15,817 bases of DNA from the NCBI GenBank assembly GCA_049510745.1, contig JBEKYR010000070.1:1-15817 (forward strand). Direction: 5' to 3'. This document shows, one piece after another, positions 6,682 to 15,417 of this stretch. The notes beneath the pieces were generated by a model. That model was given only the letters and a program-made list of their open reading frames with translations. It ran no database searches and was not told where the DNA came from. The stretch's first letter is position 1. Each line of letters starts with the position of its first letter. Position numbers and translations under genes: made by a program. Source of the DNA: Verrucomicrobiota bacterium. GTDB taxonomy: Bacteria; Verrucomicrobiota; Verrucomicrobiia; Limisphaerales; Palsa-1400.

Positions 6682-8787
6682 TCACGGCTGGCTGACGCGG
6701 AAGAATTGTTGACTGTTGGTGAGGGGCACGGTGACTGGATAGGCCTGGCCGTTGCCTGTCACGTGCGCGCACGCCTGCCAGACGCCCAGCGCGAGGTTCG
6801 CGCATTGCTCAATGGTGTAGCTTTGGCCGGAGGTTGTCTGGAAGCTAAAGATGAAATTGCCCGCGACCGGATGCGGGGTGGGAAGCAGGAGCGCGGACGT
6901 TCCGCTCAACGCAAAGATGGCCGTGGTCGTGTTGGCGGATGTGCCTGAGCCGGACGGGATGAAGAATTCGACCGCGGTAATCGGCTGCGTGTTCAGTCCC
7001 AGCGCCGCCAGATTCAAGGTGGTCTGATAGAGGTTCGGGTCGTTGCCGGAATCATCTTCCGTATAGAACCCGCCAGTGTAGGCGCCGTAAAAAATCCGGC
7101 CAAAATGGGTGATGGCGGCGGCGCCCGGATCGTTATACCAGTCGTTGGCAATGTAGCTCAACGGCGCGCTCACGCCGCCATTGGCAAACTCAATGATGCA
7201 CGACCCCGCGCCGCCTCCATTGGCCGAAACGGCCAGGATGTTGAGCACATCATAGACGGCCGGAGAAAAAAGAGTCAGGGTGCCGGATGAAGAATTGGAC
7301 GTCAGGAAAAGCGCGTTGTTGCCCGTGTAAGGCGCAAGCTGAAAGACGGTGGTTCCGTCCAAAAGGCTCGTCACCGTCCCGGATTGCGGCAGACCCAGGG
7401 TGTGGCCCTCGCCTCCGCTCCAACTGATCGCGTTCAGGTTCGTTTCGTAAAACGCATAGGTGGGATTGACGAGGTCGAACGCTTGCGCGTAGAGGGAGGT
7501 GTCATAGATGCCTCCGTTCCCAGCGGCCGTGTTCTCCACCACCAGATCGCGATTGAATCCCGTCACCGCAATGGGCGTGTTGGTGACGAGCAATCCTTCA
7601 AACGGAACACCGAGACGAATCTTCAAATTCTCGCTGTCGGCAATATAGACGTTGCCCGCTCCATCGACCGCCACTCCATTTGGGTTGATCGGGGTGTTCT
7701 CGAAATCAAATCGGGCAAAGGAACCGACGGCATCGCTGCTGCCGATGAATCCCGCCTGCCCCGCCAGAGTGACGCTCGACCAGGAGGAGCCGGTGCGGGT
7801 CAGCCGGCGAATGGTGCTGTTGAAAAAATCCGAAACATAGATATTCGTCGCGCCATCGACGGCGAGGCCGCAGGGGAAATTGAATTGGGCGTTTGTTCCG
7901 GTGCCGTTGGCGCTGCCGAAACTTCCCGCCAGCGTGCTGACCACGCCCGCCGGCGTGATCATGCGCACCGTGTAATTGAACCCGTCGGCGACGTACAGGT
8001 TTGTGGCCGCGTCCAGCGCCACGCTGTTGGGCGAGGAAAAACGGGCGGCGGCGGCGGCGCCATCGACGTTGCCGGACGTTTTCAACTTTCCCGCGTAGGT
8101 GCTGACGATCCAATTGGCGCCCGTGGCGTCCGGCGAAATGAGGCGGATGGCGCTGTTGTTTTTGTCCGCGACATAGATATTGCCGGCGCCATCGACCGCC
8201 AGGCCGGTGGGATAATTAAACTGCGCGGCGGTGTTGGTGCCGTTGACCGCGCCGAAGCTGCCTGACCCGGCCAGCGTCGTGACAATCCAGTTGGTGCCGG
8301 TGGCGTCGCAGGCCACCCGGCGGATGGAATGGTTGCCGGAATCGGCGACGTAAATGTTGTTGGAACTGTCCAGGGCCAGGGCGGTGGGGCCGTCGAACCG
8401 GGCGAAGGCGTTGGTGCCATTGACATTGCCGGTGCTGGGGGCCAACCCGGCCAGGGTGCTGGTCACCCAATTGGTGCCGCCGGTCCCCGCGGTGATCCGG
8501 CGCAGGACACTATTGTAGGTGTCGGCGACATAAACATTGCCGGCGTTATCGACCGCCACCCCGCATGGGTCGGAGAACTGCGCGGACAGCGCGGCGGCGT
8601 CCTGACTGCCGCGCGAACCGGAGCCAGCCAGCGTGGAAATGGAAAGCGACTGGGAATGGACCGATCCGGCCAGGGCGAAAACCAGGCACAACGCGCTGAG
8701 GCAACCTCTCTGCGCGGCGGAACTGGTTTTTTCAACACTTGCCAAAATAATTTCGATTCTACCGACAATAAACCAGGAGCGGCCCAT
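6682..8787 (-). CDS. Secreted NHL-repeat (beta-propeller) protein with an uncharacterised middle domain and short C-terminal domain
   Basis: Six repeats of the type 'F..P.G.AVD..GN.YVAD..N..IR.I.......V.TLAG' and a signal-peptide-like 'CLSALCLVFALAGSVHS'. C-terminus 'SYTIEQCANL...W...QQFFRVSQP'. Start uncertain (8820, 8787 or TTG 8745). Confidence 0.85.
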   Translation of the reverse strand: MGRSWFIVGRIEIILASVEKTSSAAQRGCLSALCLVFALAGSVHSQSLSISTLAGSGSRGSQDAAALSAQFSDPCGVAVDNAGNVYVADTYNSVLRRITAGTGGTNWVTSTLAGLAPSTGNVNGTNAFARFDGPTALALDSSNNIYVADSGNHSIRRVACDATGTNWIVTTLAGSGSFGAVNGTNTAAQFNYPTGLAVDGAGNIYVADKNNSAIRLISPDATGANWIVSTYAGKLKTSGNVDGAAAAARFSSPNSVALDAATNLYVADGFNYTVRMITPAGVVSTLAGSFGSANGTGTNAQFNFPCGLAVDGATNIYVSDFFNSTIRRLTRTGSSWSSVTLAGQAGFIGSSDAVGSFARFDFENTPINPNGVAVDGAGNVYIADSENLKIRLGVPFEGLLVTNTPIAVTGFNRDLVVENTAAGNGGIYDTSLYAQAFDLVNPTYAFYETNLNAISWSGGEGHTLGLPQSGTVTSLLDGTTVFQLAPYTGNNALFLTSNSSSGTLTLFSPAVYDVLNILAVSANGGGAGSCIIEFANGGVSAPLSYIANDWYNDPGAAAITHFGRIFYGAYTGGFYTEDDSGNDPNLYQTTLNLAALGLNTQPITAVEFFIPSGSGTSANTTTAIFALSGTSALLLPTPHPVAGNFIFSFQTTSGQSYTIEQCANLALGVWQACAHVTGNGQAYPVTVPLTNSQQFFRVSQP

Positions 8788-8800
8788 CTGACAACTGAAA

Positions 8801-10036
8801 TTAACGGGCCTGATTTGCATTTTCGATGTGGGGCAGGAAGCCGGTCAACAGGCCGATCAAGGGCAAAAACGAGCACACCTCGAACACAAAACCAATGCTG
8901 GTCAGGTCGGCCAGCCGTCCCAAGACCGCCGAACCCAGGCCTCCCATTCCGAAGGCCAGGCCGAAAAACAGCCCCGCGATCATTCCCACTTTTCCCGGCA
9001 GCAGTTCCTGCGCATAGACCAAAATCGCCGAAAAGGCCGAGGCCAAAATCAGCCCAATCACGACCGATAACACCGCTGTCCAAATCAAATTGGCGTGCGG
9101 CAGCAACACGGTGAACGGCGCCACCCCAAGAATCGAAACCCAGATCACGTATTTGCGCCCAAACCGGTCCCCGACCGGCCCGCCAATGAGCGTCCCCGCC
9201 GCCACCGCGAACAAAAACACGAAGAGATAGAGCTGGGCGCTTCGAATCGAGAGATGAAAGCGGTTGATCAAATAAAAAGTGTAATAGCTGCTCATGCTGG
9301 CCAGATAAAAGTATTTGGAAAAAATCAACGCAATCAGGATGGCAATGGACCATGCCACCTTCCGCGGAGAGGGCGCCTCCCGGTCGCGCCCGGCGGCGGG
9401 GCGGGGGCGGGGCCGCAATCGATTGCTGTTCTTTTTGCACCAGTGCCCCACCTGCCACAAGACGGCGATGGCTGCGACGGCGGCGGTGGAGAACCACAGC
9501 ACGCGCGCCTGCGCCCGCTGGCCCACGACGATCACCGCCGCCAGCAACGGCCCCAGCGAACTGCCGGCGTTGCCGCCCACTTGAAACAGCGCCTGCGCAA
9601 ACCCGCGTCTTCCGCCCGAGGCCATAAACGCCACCCGCGAGGCCTCCGGATGAAAGACCGACGAGCCGATCCCCACCAACGCCACCGAAACCAGCAGGAG
9701 CGGGAAGTTCCGCGCCGTGGACAGCAGCACCAGGCCGCCCAGCGTGAAACACATCCCCGCCGCCAGGGAATACGGTTGCGGGCGGCGGTCGGTGTGGAAT
9801 CCGACCAGCGGTTGCAGCAACGAGGCCGTCATCTGGAACGTGAGGGTGATCAGCCCGATCTGGGTGAAATTGAGATGAAACGAGTTTTTGACGACGGGAT
9901 AAATCGCCGGAATGAGCGATTGGATGCTGTCGTTGAGCAAATGGGAAAAGCTGATGGCCAGGAGAACGGACAAGACCGTTTTCTCCGCCACATCCCGGCC
10001 GGCTTGCGCCGCCACTGTTGCTGATTCCGAACTCAT
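8801..10036 (-). CDS. fsr: MFS transporter, Fsr (fosmidomycin resistance) family
   Basis: 411 aa. 'ISFSHLLNDSIQSLIPAIYP', 'QMTASLLQP', 'GIGSSVFHPEASRVA', 'GGRRGFAQALFQVGGNAGS', 'IFSKYFY', 'SAFSAILVYAQEL' are characteristic of Fsr. Confidence 0.9.
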   Translation of the reverse strand: MSSESATVAAQAGRDVAEKTVLSVLLAISFSHLLNDSIQSLIPAIYPVVKNSFHLNFTQIGLITLTFQMTASLLQPLVGFHTDRRPQPYSLAAGMCFTLGGLVLLSTARNFPLLLVSVALVGIGSSVFHPEASRVAFMASGGRRGFAQALFQVGGNAGSSLGPLLAAVIVVGQRAQARVLWFSTAAVAAIAVLWQVGHWCKKNSNRLRPRPRPAAGRDREAPSPRKVAWSIAILIALIFSKYFYLASMSSYYTFYLINRFHLSIRSAQLYLFVFLFAVAAGTLIGGPVGDRFGRKYVIWVSILGVAPFTVLLPHANLIWTAVLSVVIGLILASAFSAILVYAQELLPGKVGMIAGLFFGLAFGMGGLGSAVLGRLADLTSIGFVFEVCSFLPLIGLLTGFLPHIENANQAR

Positions 10037-10145
10037 TGGCGCTTAACTTAAGGCGAAAACGGCGCGGACGCAAAATTGTTGCCTCCCTTTTGTTCCGCTG
10101 TAACCTGCGGCCATGCCGCAGTGCGAAGACCCAGTTGCCGAAAAT

Positions 10146-11066
10146 ATGGACCCGGCGGCGGCCAGGTTTCTGCAACATCTCGCCGCCAAGGGCGGCTCTG
10201 TCTATACGGAGCGGAATTACCAGCAGGCCCTGCGCGAATTCGCCGCGTGGCACAAAAACCAGCGCGGCACCGCTCCGGATTGGGCGGCCTTGCGCCGGGA
10301 TGATTTCCGCGATTTTTTGCGCTTCCTCGGCCGCAGCCAGAGAAGCCGGGCGGCCATCCAGCTTCGCTTTTCCGCCTTGCGCTCGTTCTATGGATTTCTC
10401 ATCCGCCAAGGGGTGATGGAGGCGTCGCCGATCCGCAATCTTTCGCTGCCCAAATTGGAAAAGCGCGTCCCGGTTTTCCTGACGGTCAAGCAGTTTGAGG
10501 ATCTGGCGCGCGCGCCGTCCGAGGAATTGAAGCGCACCGCGGATGATGAGGGGGTCGATGCCGGCCTCTATTTTCGCGACGCGGCCATATTGGAGGTGAT
10601 TTATTCCTGCGGCTTGCGCGTCAGCGAACTGTGCCGGCTTTGCGCGGGGGACATCGATTGGCCGCAGGAATTGGTGCGGGTGCGCGGCAAAGGGAAAAAG
10701 GAGCGGCTGACGCCCATCGGGCAGCCGGCGCTCGACGGGATCGAGGCCTACTGGAAACACACCGGGTATGCGCCCGGCCCGGAAATGCCGGTATTCGTCG
10801 CCCACGTCAAGAAGGCGGCGGCGTTGAGTCCGCGCACGGTGCAATTGCGCTTGAAGAAATATCTTCGTTGCGCCGGCCTGGACCCGAATCTGACGCCGCA
10901 CAAGCTGCGGCACAGCTTTGCCACGCACCTGCTGGACGCGGGGGCGGATTTGCGCAGCGTGCAGGAATTGCTGGGGCATGCCCATCTGGCCACCACGCAG
11001 GTCTATACCCACATCACGACCGAACGGCTCAAACGCGCTTACAACGCCGCTCATCCGCGCGCCTGA
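10146..11066 (+). CDS. xerC: Tyrosine recombinase XerC-like
   Basis: SAM-like N-domain ('S.YTERNY...L..F', 'SALRSFY'). Full catalytic set: 'CGLRVSEL' (R), 'GKGKKER' (K), 'HKLRHSFATH' (HxxR), 'QELLGH', 'TTQVYTH' (Y). Start ATG 10146 or 10113. XerC versus XerD is not fully resolvable by eye. Confidence 0.85.
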   Translation: MDPAAARFLQHLAAKGGSVYTERNYQQALREFAAWHKNQRGTAPDWAALRRDDFRDFLRFLGRSQRSRAAIQLRFSALRSFYGFLIRQGVMEASPIRNLSLPKLEKRVPVFLTVKQFEDLARAPSEELKRTADDEGVDAGLYFRDAAILEVIYSCGLRVSELCRLCAGDIDWPQELVRVRGKGKKERLTPIGQPALDGIEAYWKHTGYAPGPEMPVFVAHVKKAAALSPRTVQLRLKKYLRCAGLDPNLTPHKLRHSFATHLLDAGADLRSVQELLGHAHLATTQVYTHITTERLKRAYNAAHPRA

Positions 11067-11067
11067 A

Positions 11068-12138
11068 TTATTGCCCCGCCTCGGTCGTGCGGGTTTGATA
11101 GGTTTTGGAAAAACCCCGGGCCGGGATGCTGATGGTGTAGCTCTTGCCCGAAGGGTCCACGGAGCATTTGATGTAATTGCCGGCGCATTTTTGTTCGAGG
11201 TTGGCGATGTACTGCTCGTCCGTGTTGTCCGCTCCGCTCTTCACGTCGCGATGCACCTGGAACATGGTTTGAATGGAGGAAACGCCGCGCAAGGTGGCGA
11301 GGGTCTCCTTGCCGCCGCCTTTGGTCGGGCCGTTGTTCATCACCGAAACAGTCGGCGCCAGGCTGCGCACCAGCAGCGGGTTGTTGCTGACATCAAAGCC
11401 GTGATGATCGACTTGATACACGTCCACCTTCCCGATGGAATTGGTCGGGCACACCAGCTCGCCTTCCATGTTCCAGGTCAAATCTCCGCCGTCGAAAAAC
11501 TTGAACGAGCCGAATTGCAGCAGCGACACGGCGCTATTGGCGTTGTCGCTCGTGTCCGCCGGCTTTTGCGTGGCCTCGGCGCAGAGCGAACTCGGCCCGC
11601 CCACGCCGGGCGGATGAACGAACTGTTTGCGCGTGCCCATGAAACGGAAGGTCAACGGGGTCGCCGCGTCGGTTTGTTTCAGGGGCAGGGTGTCGCCGGG
11701 CTGGATCACTTCGCGGCGTTCCGCTTTGAAGTCGCGGTAGGGCTGGATCAAGGAAAGAAACCGGCTGCTGTCGGCGCTGCCGTCCGGGTCGTGGCCGGGG
11801 ATGCCGTTGTCCAGCACGGTGCCGATGGGCATGAGACGGGAGAGGGGCGCCGCGCCGCCAAAGTGGTCAATATGAAAATGTGTCACGACGAGGAAATCGA
11901 TGCGGCTGAGGCCGGCGTTGGTGGCGGCGGCGTGGATGCGCGCCGCGCTCGGCCCGGTCGGCCAGCCGGTGTCAATCAAAATGGATTCGCCGGCCGGCGT
12001 GACAATGAGCGTGCCGCCGCCGCCTTCGACATCGATCCAGTAAATATCCAGGGTGGGCGCGGCCGGGGCGGAAAAAGCCGCGAGGAGGGAAAAACAAACC
12101 GCCGCCAGAGAGCGGGCGATGAGGGCGCTTGAGTTCAT
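11068..12138 (-). CDS. Secreted metallo-beta-lactamase-fold hydrolase (ComEC/Rec2-like)
   Basis: 356 aa with signal peptide. 'IDVEGGGGTLIVTP...ILIDTG', 'THFHIDHFGG' (HxHxDH), 'GGDL', 'VDHHG'. ATGA overlap (12135-12138) with the upstream gene's stop. Confidence 0.85.
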   Translation of the reverse strand: MNSSALIARSLAAVCFSLLAAFSAPAAPTLDIYWIDVEGGGGTLIVTPAGESILIDTGWPTGPSAARIHAAATNAGLSRIDFLVVTHFHIDHFGGAAPLSRLMPIGTVLDNGIPGHDPDGSADSSRFLSLIQPYRDFKAERREVIQPGDTLPLKQTDAATPLTFRFMGTRKQFVHPPGVGGPSSLCAEATQKPADTSDNANSAVSLLQFGSFKFFDGGDLTWNMEGELVCPTNSIGKVDVYQVDHHGFDVSNNPLLVRSLAPTVSVMNNGPTKGGGKETLATLRGVSSIQTMFQVHRDVKSGADNTDEQYIANLEQKCAGNYIKCSVDPSGKSYTISIPARGFSKTYQTRTTEAGQ

Positions 12139-12818
12139 AGGAATTGCAGGCTGCCGAAACAGCGGGGCAAATGGAAGTTCAATTCATCGACCGGCGCCCA
12201 CGCGGCCCAGTGCGGATGCGAGGTTTCGTCGGCGCACTTGTAGAAATTGCCCCGCCAGAGCCGGCCCCGCAGTTGCCCCAGCGGCCCCGCATAATGTTCG
12301 AGCGCCGCAAACGGGACGAAAAAATTCAGTTGCCAGCAAACCGGTTCGGCCAACTCCGGGTCGATGACTTTGGGGAGCGAAGAGCGGACGCGGATGGAGG
12401 CGCCGATTTCGGCCGGAAGGCGCGTGAATTTTTTGAATCCGCCCGGCACGCGCGCGGGGTCCTCGATGAAAGAGCACAAATGCGCGCCGCCGGCGTTCAT
12501 TTCGAGGTTGAAATAGCCCGCGCCGCTCCAGGGTTGCATGAAGAATTCCACGCAACTGTCCTTCCAGACTTCGTCCATGTAGCGCGTGCGGATCGAGCGC
12601 ACGAACTGATCGTGGACCTGGAAGATGCCGCGCAGGCCCGCGCCGCCATAGAGCAGGCGAACGCGGGCGCGCGGACGGTGCACGCCGCTTTCCGGCCGGA
12701 AATGCTTCAGCTCCGCCGTCTGGGCGTCCCGCCAGACGGGGTCGTCCCAATCGGCCGCGAGGTCCGGCAGCGGGTCGGCGCGGCGGACGGAGTAAGTTGG
12801 GAGGGCGGCCTGGCTCAT
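12135..12818 (-). CDS. Carbohydrate-binding family 9-like (DOMON-like) protein
   Basis: 227 aa from ATG 12818. 'VWKDSCVEFF', 'YFNLEMNAGG', 'WRGNFYKCADETSHPHWAAW', 'NFHLPRCFG' are typical of CBM9-like proteins. Confidence 0.8.
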   Translation of the reverse strand: MSQAALPTYSVRRADPLPDLAADWDDPVWRDAQTAELKHFRPESGVHRPRARVRLLYGGAGLRGIFQVHDQFVRSIRTRYMDEVWKDSCVEFFMQPWSGAGYFNLEMNAGGAHLCSFIEDPARVPGGFKKFTRLPAEIGASIRVRSSLPKVIDPELAEPVCWQLNFFVPFAALEHYAGPLGQLRGRLWRGNFYKCADETSHPHWAAWAPVDELNFHLPRCFGSLQFL

Positions 12819-13020
12819 GGAAAAAACTCCAAGAAAGGCTGGCTGGCGGCGTGGCGCGTGAGGCAAGAAGGGCGGTTCCGCGGCGTCAGGGCGCGGCGCG
12901 TGGCGGGATACGCGAGGGGAAAGGCGGCCATGAACATTTGCAATCTGGGTTTCACCGGATTCACGGTATTATGCTTAAGACGATAATTTTGGGCAATCGT
13001 ATTGAGATTTTTCTTTTTTT

Positions 13021-13130
13021 GGCACGATTCAGCACGATTCGGCACGATTCGGCACGATTCGGCACGATTTGGCACGATTTGGCACGATTTGGCACGATTT
13101 GGCACGATTTGGCACGATTCAGCCCGATTG
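13021..13130. repeat. Tandem array of ten 10-bp units RGCACGATTY plus one degenerate unit
   Basis: GGCACGATTC, AGCACGATTC, GGCACGATTC x2, GGCACGATTT x5, GGCACGATTC, then AGCCCGATTG. No spacers. Preceded by a T-rich run at 13008-13020. Confidence 0.98.
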
Positions 13131-13820
13131 ACGGCCGTTGCGAAGGAGTTCGAGGTCAGCCTGAGTTCGGCGGTATTGTTCGTTCAAGGCGTTGCATTGC
13201 TCGACCTGATCCTTGTCGTCGGGGTCGGCTGGAAGCCACTGCTTTTTAAAGTTGTCCCAAGCGGGCTGGCCAGCGATGCCGAGGATTTGATCGAGTTCGC
13301 GGCTGGTTTCGTCCGCGGTGAGGTCTGGGGCCTGGGATTGTGGCTGGGGTTCGGGTGCGAGCCGCCTGGCCATGAGTTTGGAGTAGTACTCGTAACGGCG
13401 CATGGAGGCAAAGGTGAGGCGGAACTCGCGCCAGGCTTTAGCGCGATCGGTTGGGGAGATATTTTGGGGCAATCGTTTGATTTCGATGAGCATGTGGGCG
13501 GCGAAGGCGGCAGCCATACGATCGGTGATGTCAGATTGGATTTGGGGGAGTTTATCTGGAGGAAGGCTCAGGAACCGCTCCAGGAGGGGGTCGCCCCGGT
13601 TGTCGTTTTTCCAATCGCGGAAGCCGCCGAGCTTCCAGTCAGAGAGGTTGGATTGATTGATAGGGGTGCCGTTAAATTCCTTTTGCAGAATGGCTTGAAC
13701 GGGGGCCAGGGAGTTAAGCCAAGCGACGAGGGATTTTGAGGGTTGGCCGTCGTCGAGTTTCCGGTTGAGTTGCTCGCGGACGGTCCGAGGAAGGCGGGCG
13801 ATTTTACCGTTACGTGTCAT
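13119..13820 (-). CDS. DUF3486 / phage Mu gp27-like protein (putative terminase small subunit, predicted DNA-binding N-terminus)
   Basis: 233 aa. N-terminus 'GKIARLPRTVREQLNRKLDDG...LVAWLN...G.PINQSNLSDWK.GGFRDW' resembles the DUF3486 pattern. SD AAGGA lies 6 nt before the ATG, 22 bp downstream of the terminase stop. The family call is from memory, not a search. Confidence 0.6.
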   Translation of the reverse strand: MTRNGKIARLPRTVREQLNRKLDDGQPSKSLVAWLNSLAPVQAILQKEFNGTPINQSNLSDWKLGGFRDWKNDNRGDPLLERFLSLPPDKLPQIQSDITDRMAAAFAAHMLIEIKRLPQNISPTDRAKAWREFRLTFASMRRYEYYSKLMARRLAPEPQPQSQAPDLTADETSRELDQILGIAGQPAWDNFKKQWLPADPDDKDQVEQCNALNEQYRRTQADLELLRNGRQSG

Positions 13821-13842
13821 GTTGAGTCCTTTGTGTTATGGG

Positions 13843-15300
13843 TTAAGGCCAGGAATCGTTGGATACCTCGCCGAACTCGCCCGTGGCTGAAGGGCGGTGG
13901 ATTTTGATGCGCGCGGAAGCCGTGGGGATGATGGATGATTCGCCGGCGCGGATGGCGAGTGCCAGGGCGGAGCAGCGGTCAGCGTGGCCGTCGTTATTGT
14001 GAGGGGCGCGGTATGAGATTTGGCCGTTGGAGCCGCTGGAGCGGTTGACGGAGTGAAGGTCTTCGCGGATGATTCTGCAAATGGGGATTCTGAGCTGGCG
14101 CCGTTCGAAGGAGATGCGGAGCTTTGAGAAAATATCGACCTTGAGGCTGTTAGTGAAAGTGCAGAGTTCGATTTTGCCGAAGCGGTGATGAGCCGGGTTC
14201 CATTCGCCAAATTGCTTGACGAGGAAGTCGCCCATGCCCACACCGGGGCCGGTGTAGTCAAAGCAGACCTTTTGGACGGCAGCCAAGCGGTGGCGGAGGA
14301 TTTCGAGTTGATCAGGGGTGCTCATGTTATCGAGTTCGAGCACTTCGACGGTGTTTGCGACGTCGCCGAGTTTGGAGTTGGTCCAGGCGACAGTGAGGTT
14401 GTGACGCCTGCCGAAGTCGATGCCCATGACGAGGGTTGAAGATGGCCGCCGGCGTTGAGTCCAAAAATCGGGAGGCTGGGAAGTGGAGGCTTCGATGCTT
14501 TCGCAGGAGGCGATGAGGTCGTAGGGCAGGAGGATGTTTTGGGTGTCGAGAAAGTTGCATTCGTACTCCTGCGCCCATCCGAGCGGGTCGTCGAGAGCTT
14601 GGCGGAGTTCCTCGATGACGACGGCCAAGCCCTCAGCGACGGCCTGATGAATATCGACGAGGTGGCAGCTCCAGGGATTGTTTTGGGGCGGGTTGGGATT
14701 GCGGGATGAATGGGAAAGATGAGGGGATTGGTTGTAGTGTTTGACCCAGAGTTCGTTTGCTTTGTTACCGATCCCATTTGGGGTGGTAATCAACCTGACT
14801 TTTTTGATTCCGCCGTTGAGGGGATTTGTGATGGAGGGCAGGATTGCGCGCCAGGTGGCGTCGGGCTGCTCAAAGAAGGCGAACTCGGTGAGCAAGACGT
14901 TTGCGCTGAAACCGCGCACGGTGTCGGGTTTGCCCGGGACAGCCACGACGCGGCTGCCGCCCGGGAAAGTGATGGTGGCGGATTGGAGGAGGGATTCGGA
15001 TTTGCCTTCGCGCCTTTCCTCGTAGGCGGCAATAGTTTTGTTGAAGGCTTTGGCCCAGTCCTTCCATTTGCGGAGAGATTCGAGGGATTGCCGTTCGCTT
15101 GGGGCGGCGATGAGCCAATGGCGCGCGCGGCCCGCTTTTTCCGCGGCGACGATTTCGCGGATGCCTTCATAGGCGCTGGCGTGGTCTTTGCCGACCTGAC
15201 GGGACATGAGGCCGTATTTCCAGCGGGAGTTGTCGTTGGCCCAACGGCGCTGGTAGGGGAGGAGGGACCCGGCGAGAGCGTTATCGAATGGCAGTTTCAT
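13843..15300 (-). CDS. Mu-like phage terminase large subunit (gp28-like ATPase + RNase H-like nuclease)
   Basis: 485 aa from ATG 15300 (alternative 15384). Q-motif 'LLPYQ', Walker A-like 'SRQVGKD', 'PDTVRGFSANVLLTEFAF' (Walker B region), coupling motif 'ITTPNG', 'WAQEYECNF', nuclease acidic motifs 'GIDFG', 'FDYTG.G', 'DGHADR'. Confidence 0.9.
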   Translation of the reverse strand: MKLPFDNALAGSLLPYQRRWANDNSRWKYGLMSRQVGKDHASAYEGIREIVAAEKAGRARHWLIAAPSERQSLESLRKWKDWAKAFNKTIAAYEERREGKSESLLQSATITFPGGSRVVAVPGKPDTVRGFSANVLLTEFAFFEQPDATWRAILPSITNPLNGGIKKVRLITTPNGIGNKANELWVKHYNQSPHLSHSSRNPNPPQNNPWSCHLVDIHQAVAEGLAVVIEELRQALDDPLGWAQEYECNFLDTQNILLPYDLIASCESIEASTSQPPDFWTQRRRPSSTLVMGIDFGRRHNLTVAWTNSKLGDVANTVEVLELDNMSTPDQLEILRHRLAAVQKVCFDYTGPGVGMGDFLVKQFGEWNPAHHRFGKIELCTFTNSLKVDIFSKLRISFERRQLRIPICRIIREDLHSVNRSSGSNGQISYRAPHNNDGHADRCSALALAIRAGESSIIPTASARIKIHRPSATGEFGEVSNDSWP

Positions 15301-15417
15301 CCGGATTGGCGGCGAGGGGCGGAAGGGGGCGGCGGGAGGGAAGAACGGCGCGGAGGCGGAGCGCCGCGAGCCGAACCCTGCCATCCCCGATGTGAAATTA
15401 TCATCATCGTTATATGT

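Noticed and set aside
8463..11054. 863-aa minus-strand ORF
   Set aside because: It is antisense to xerC and off-frame over fsr, Arg/Gly/Pro-rich, with no motifs. This is typical of a high-GC shadow ORF.
10113..11066. Tyrosine recombinase as the integrase of a prophage containing the terminase
   Set aside because: It has housekeeping XerC/D-like motifs and size with no arm-binding extension. It is embedded among host genes, no att repeats were seen, and Mu-like phages use a DDE transposase.
13021..13130. Array as a CRISPR locus
   Set aside because: The units are 10 bp and directly abutting, with no unique spacers and no cas genes.
12797..13739. ORFs with 'HDSARFGTI' or 'PNRAESCRI' peptide repeats
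   Set aside because: They are translations of the 10-bp DNA array (period not a multiple of 3) plus antisense of the 233-aa gene.
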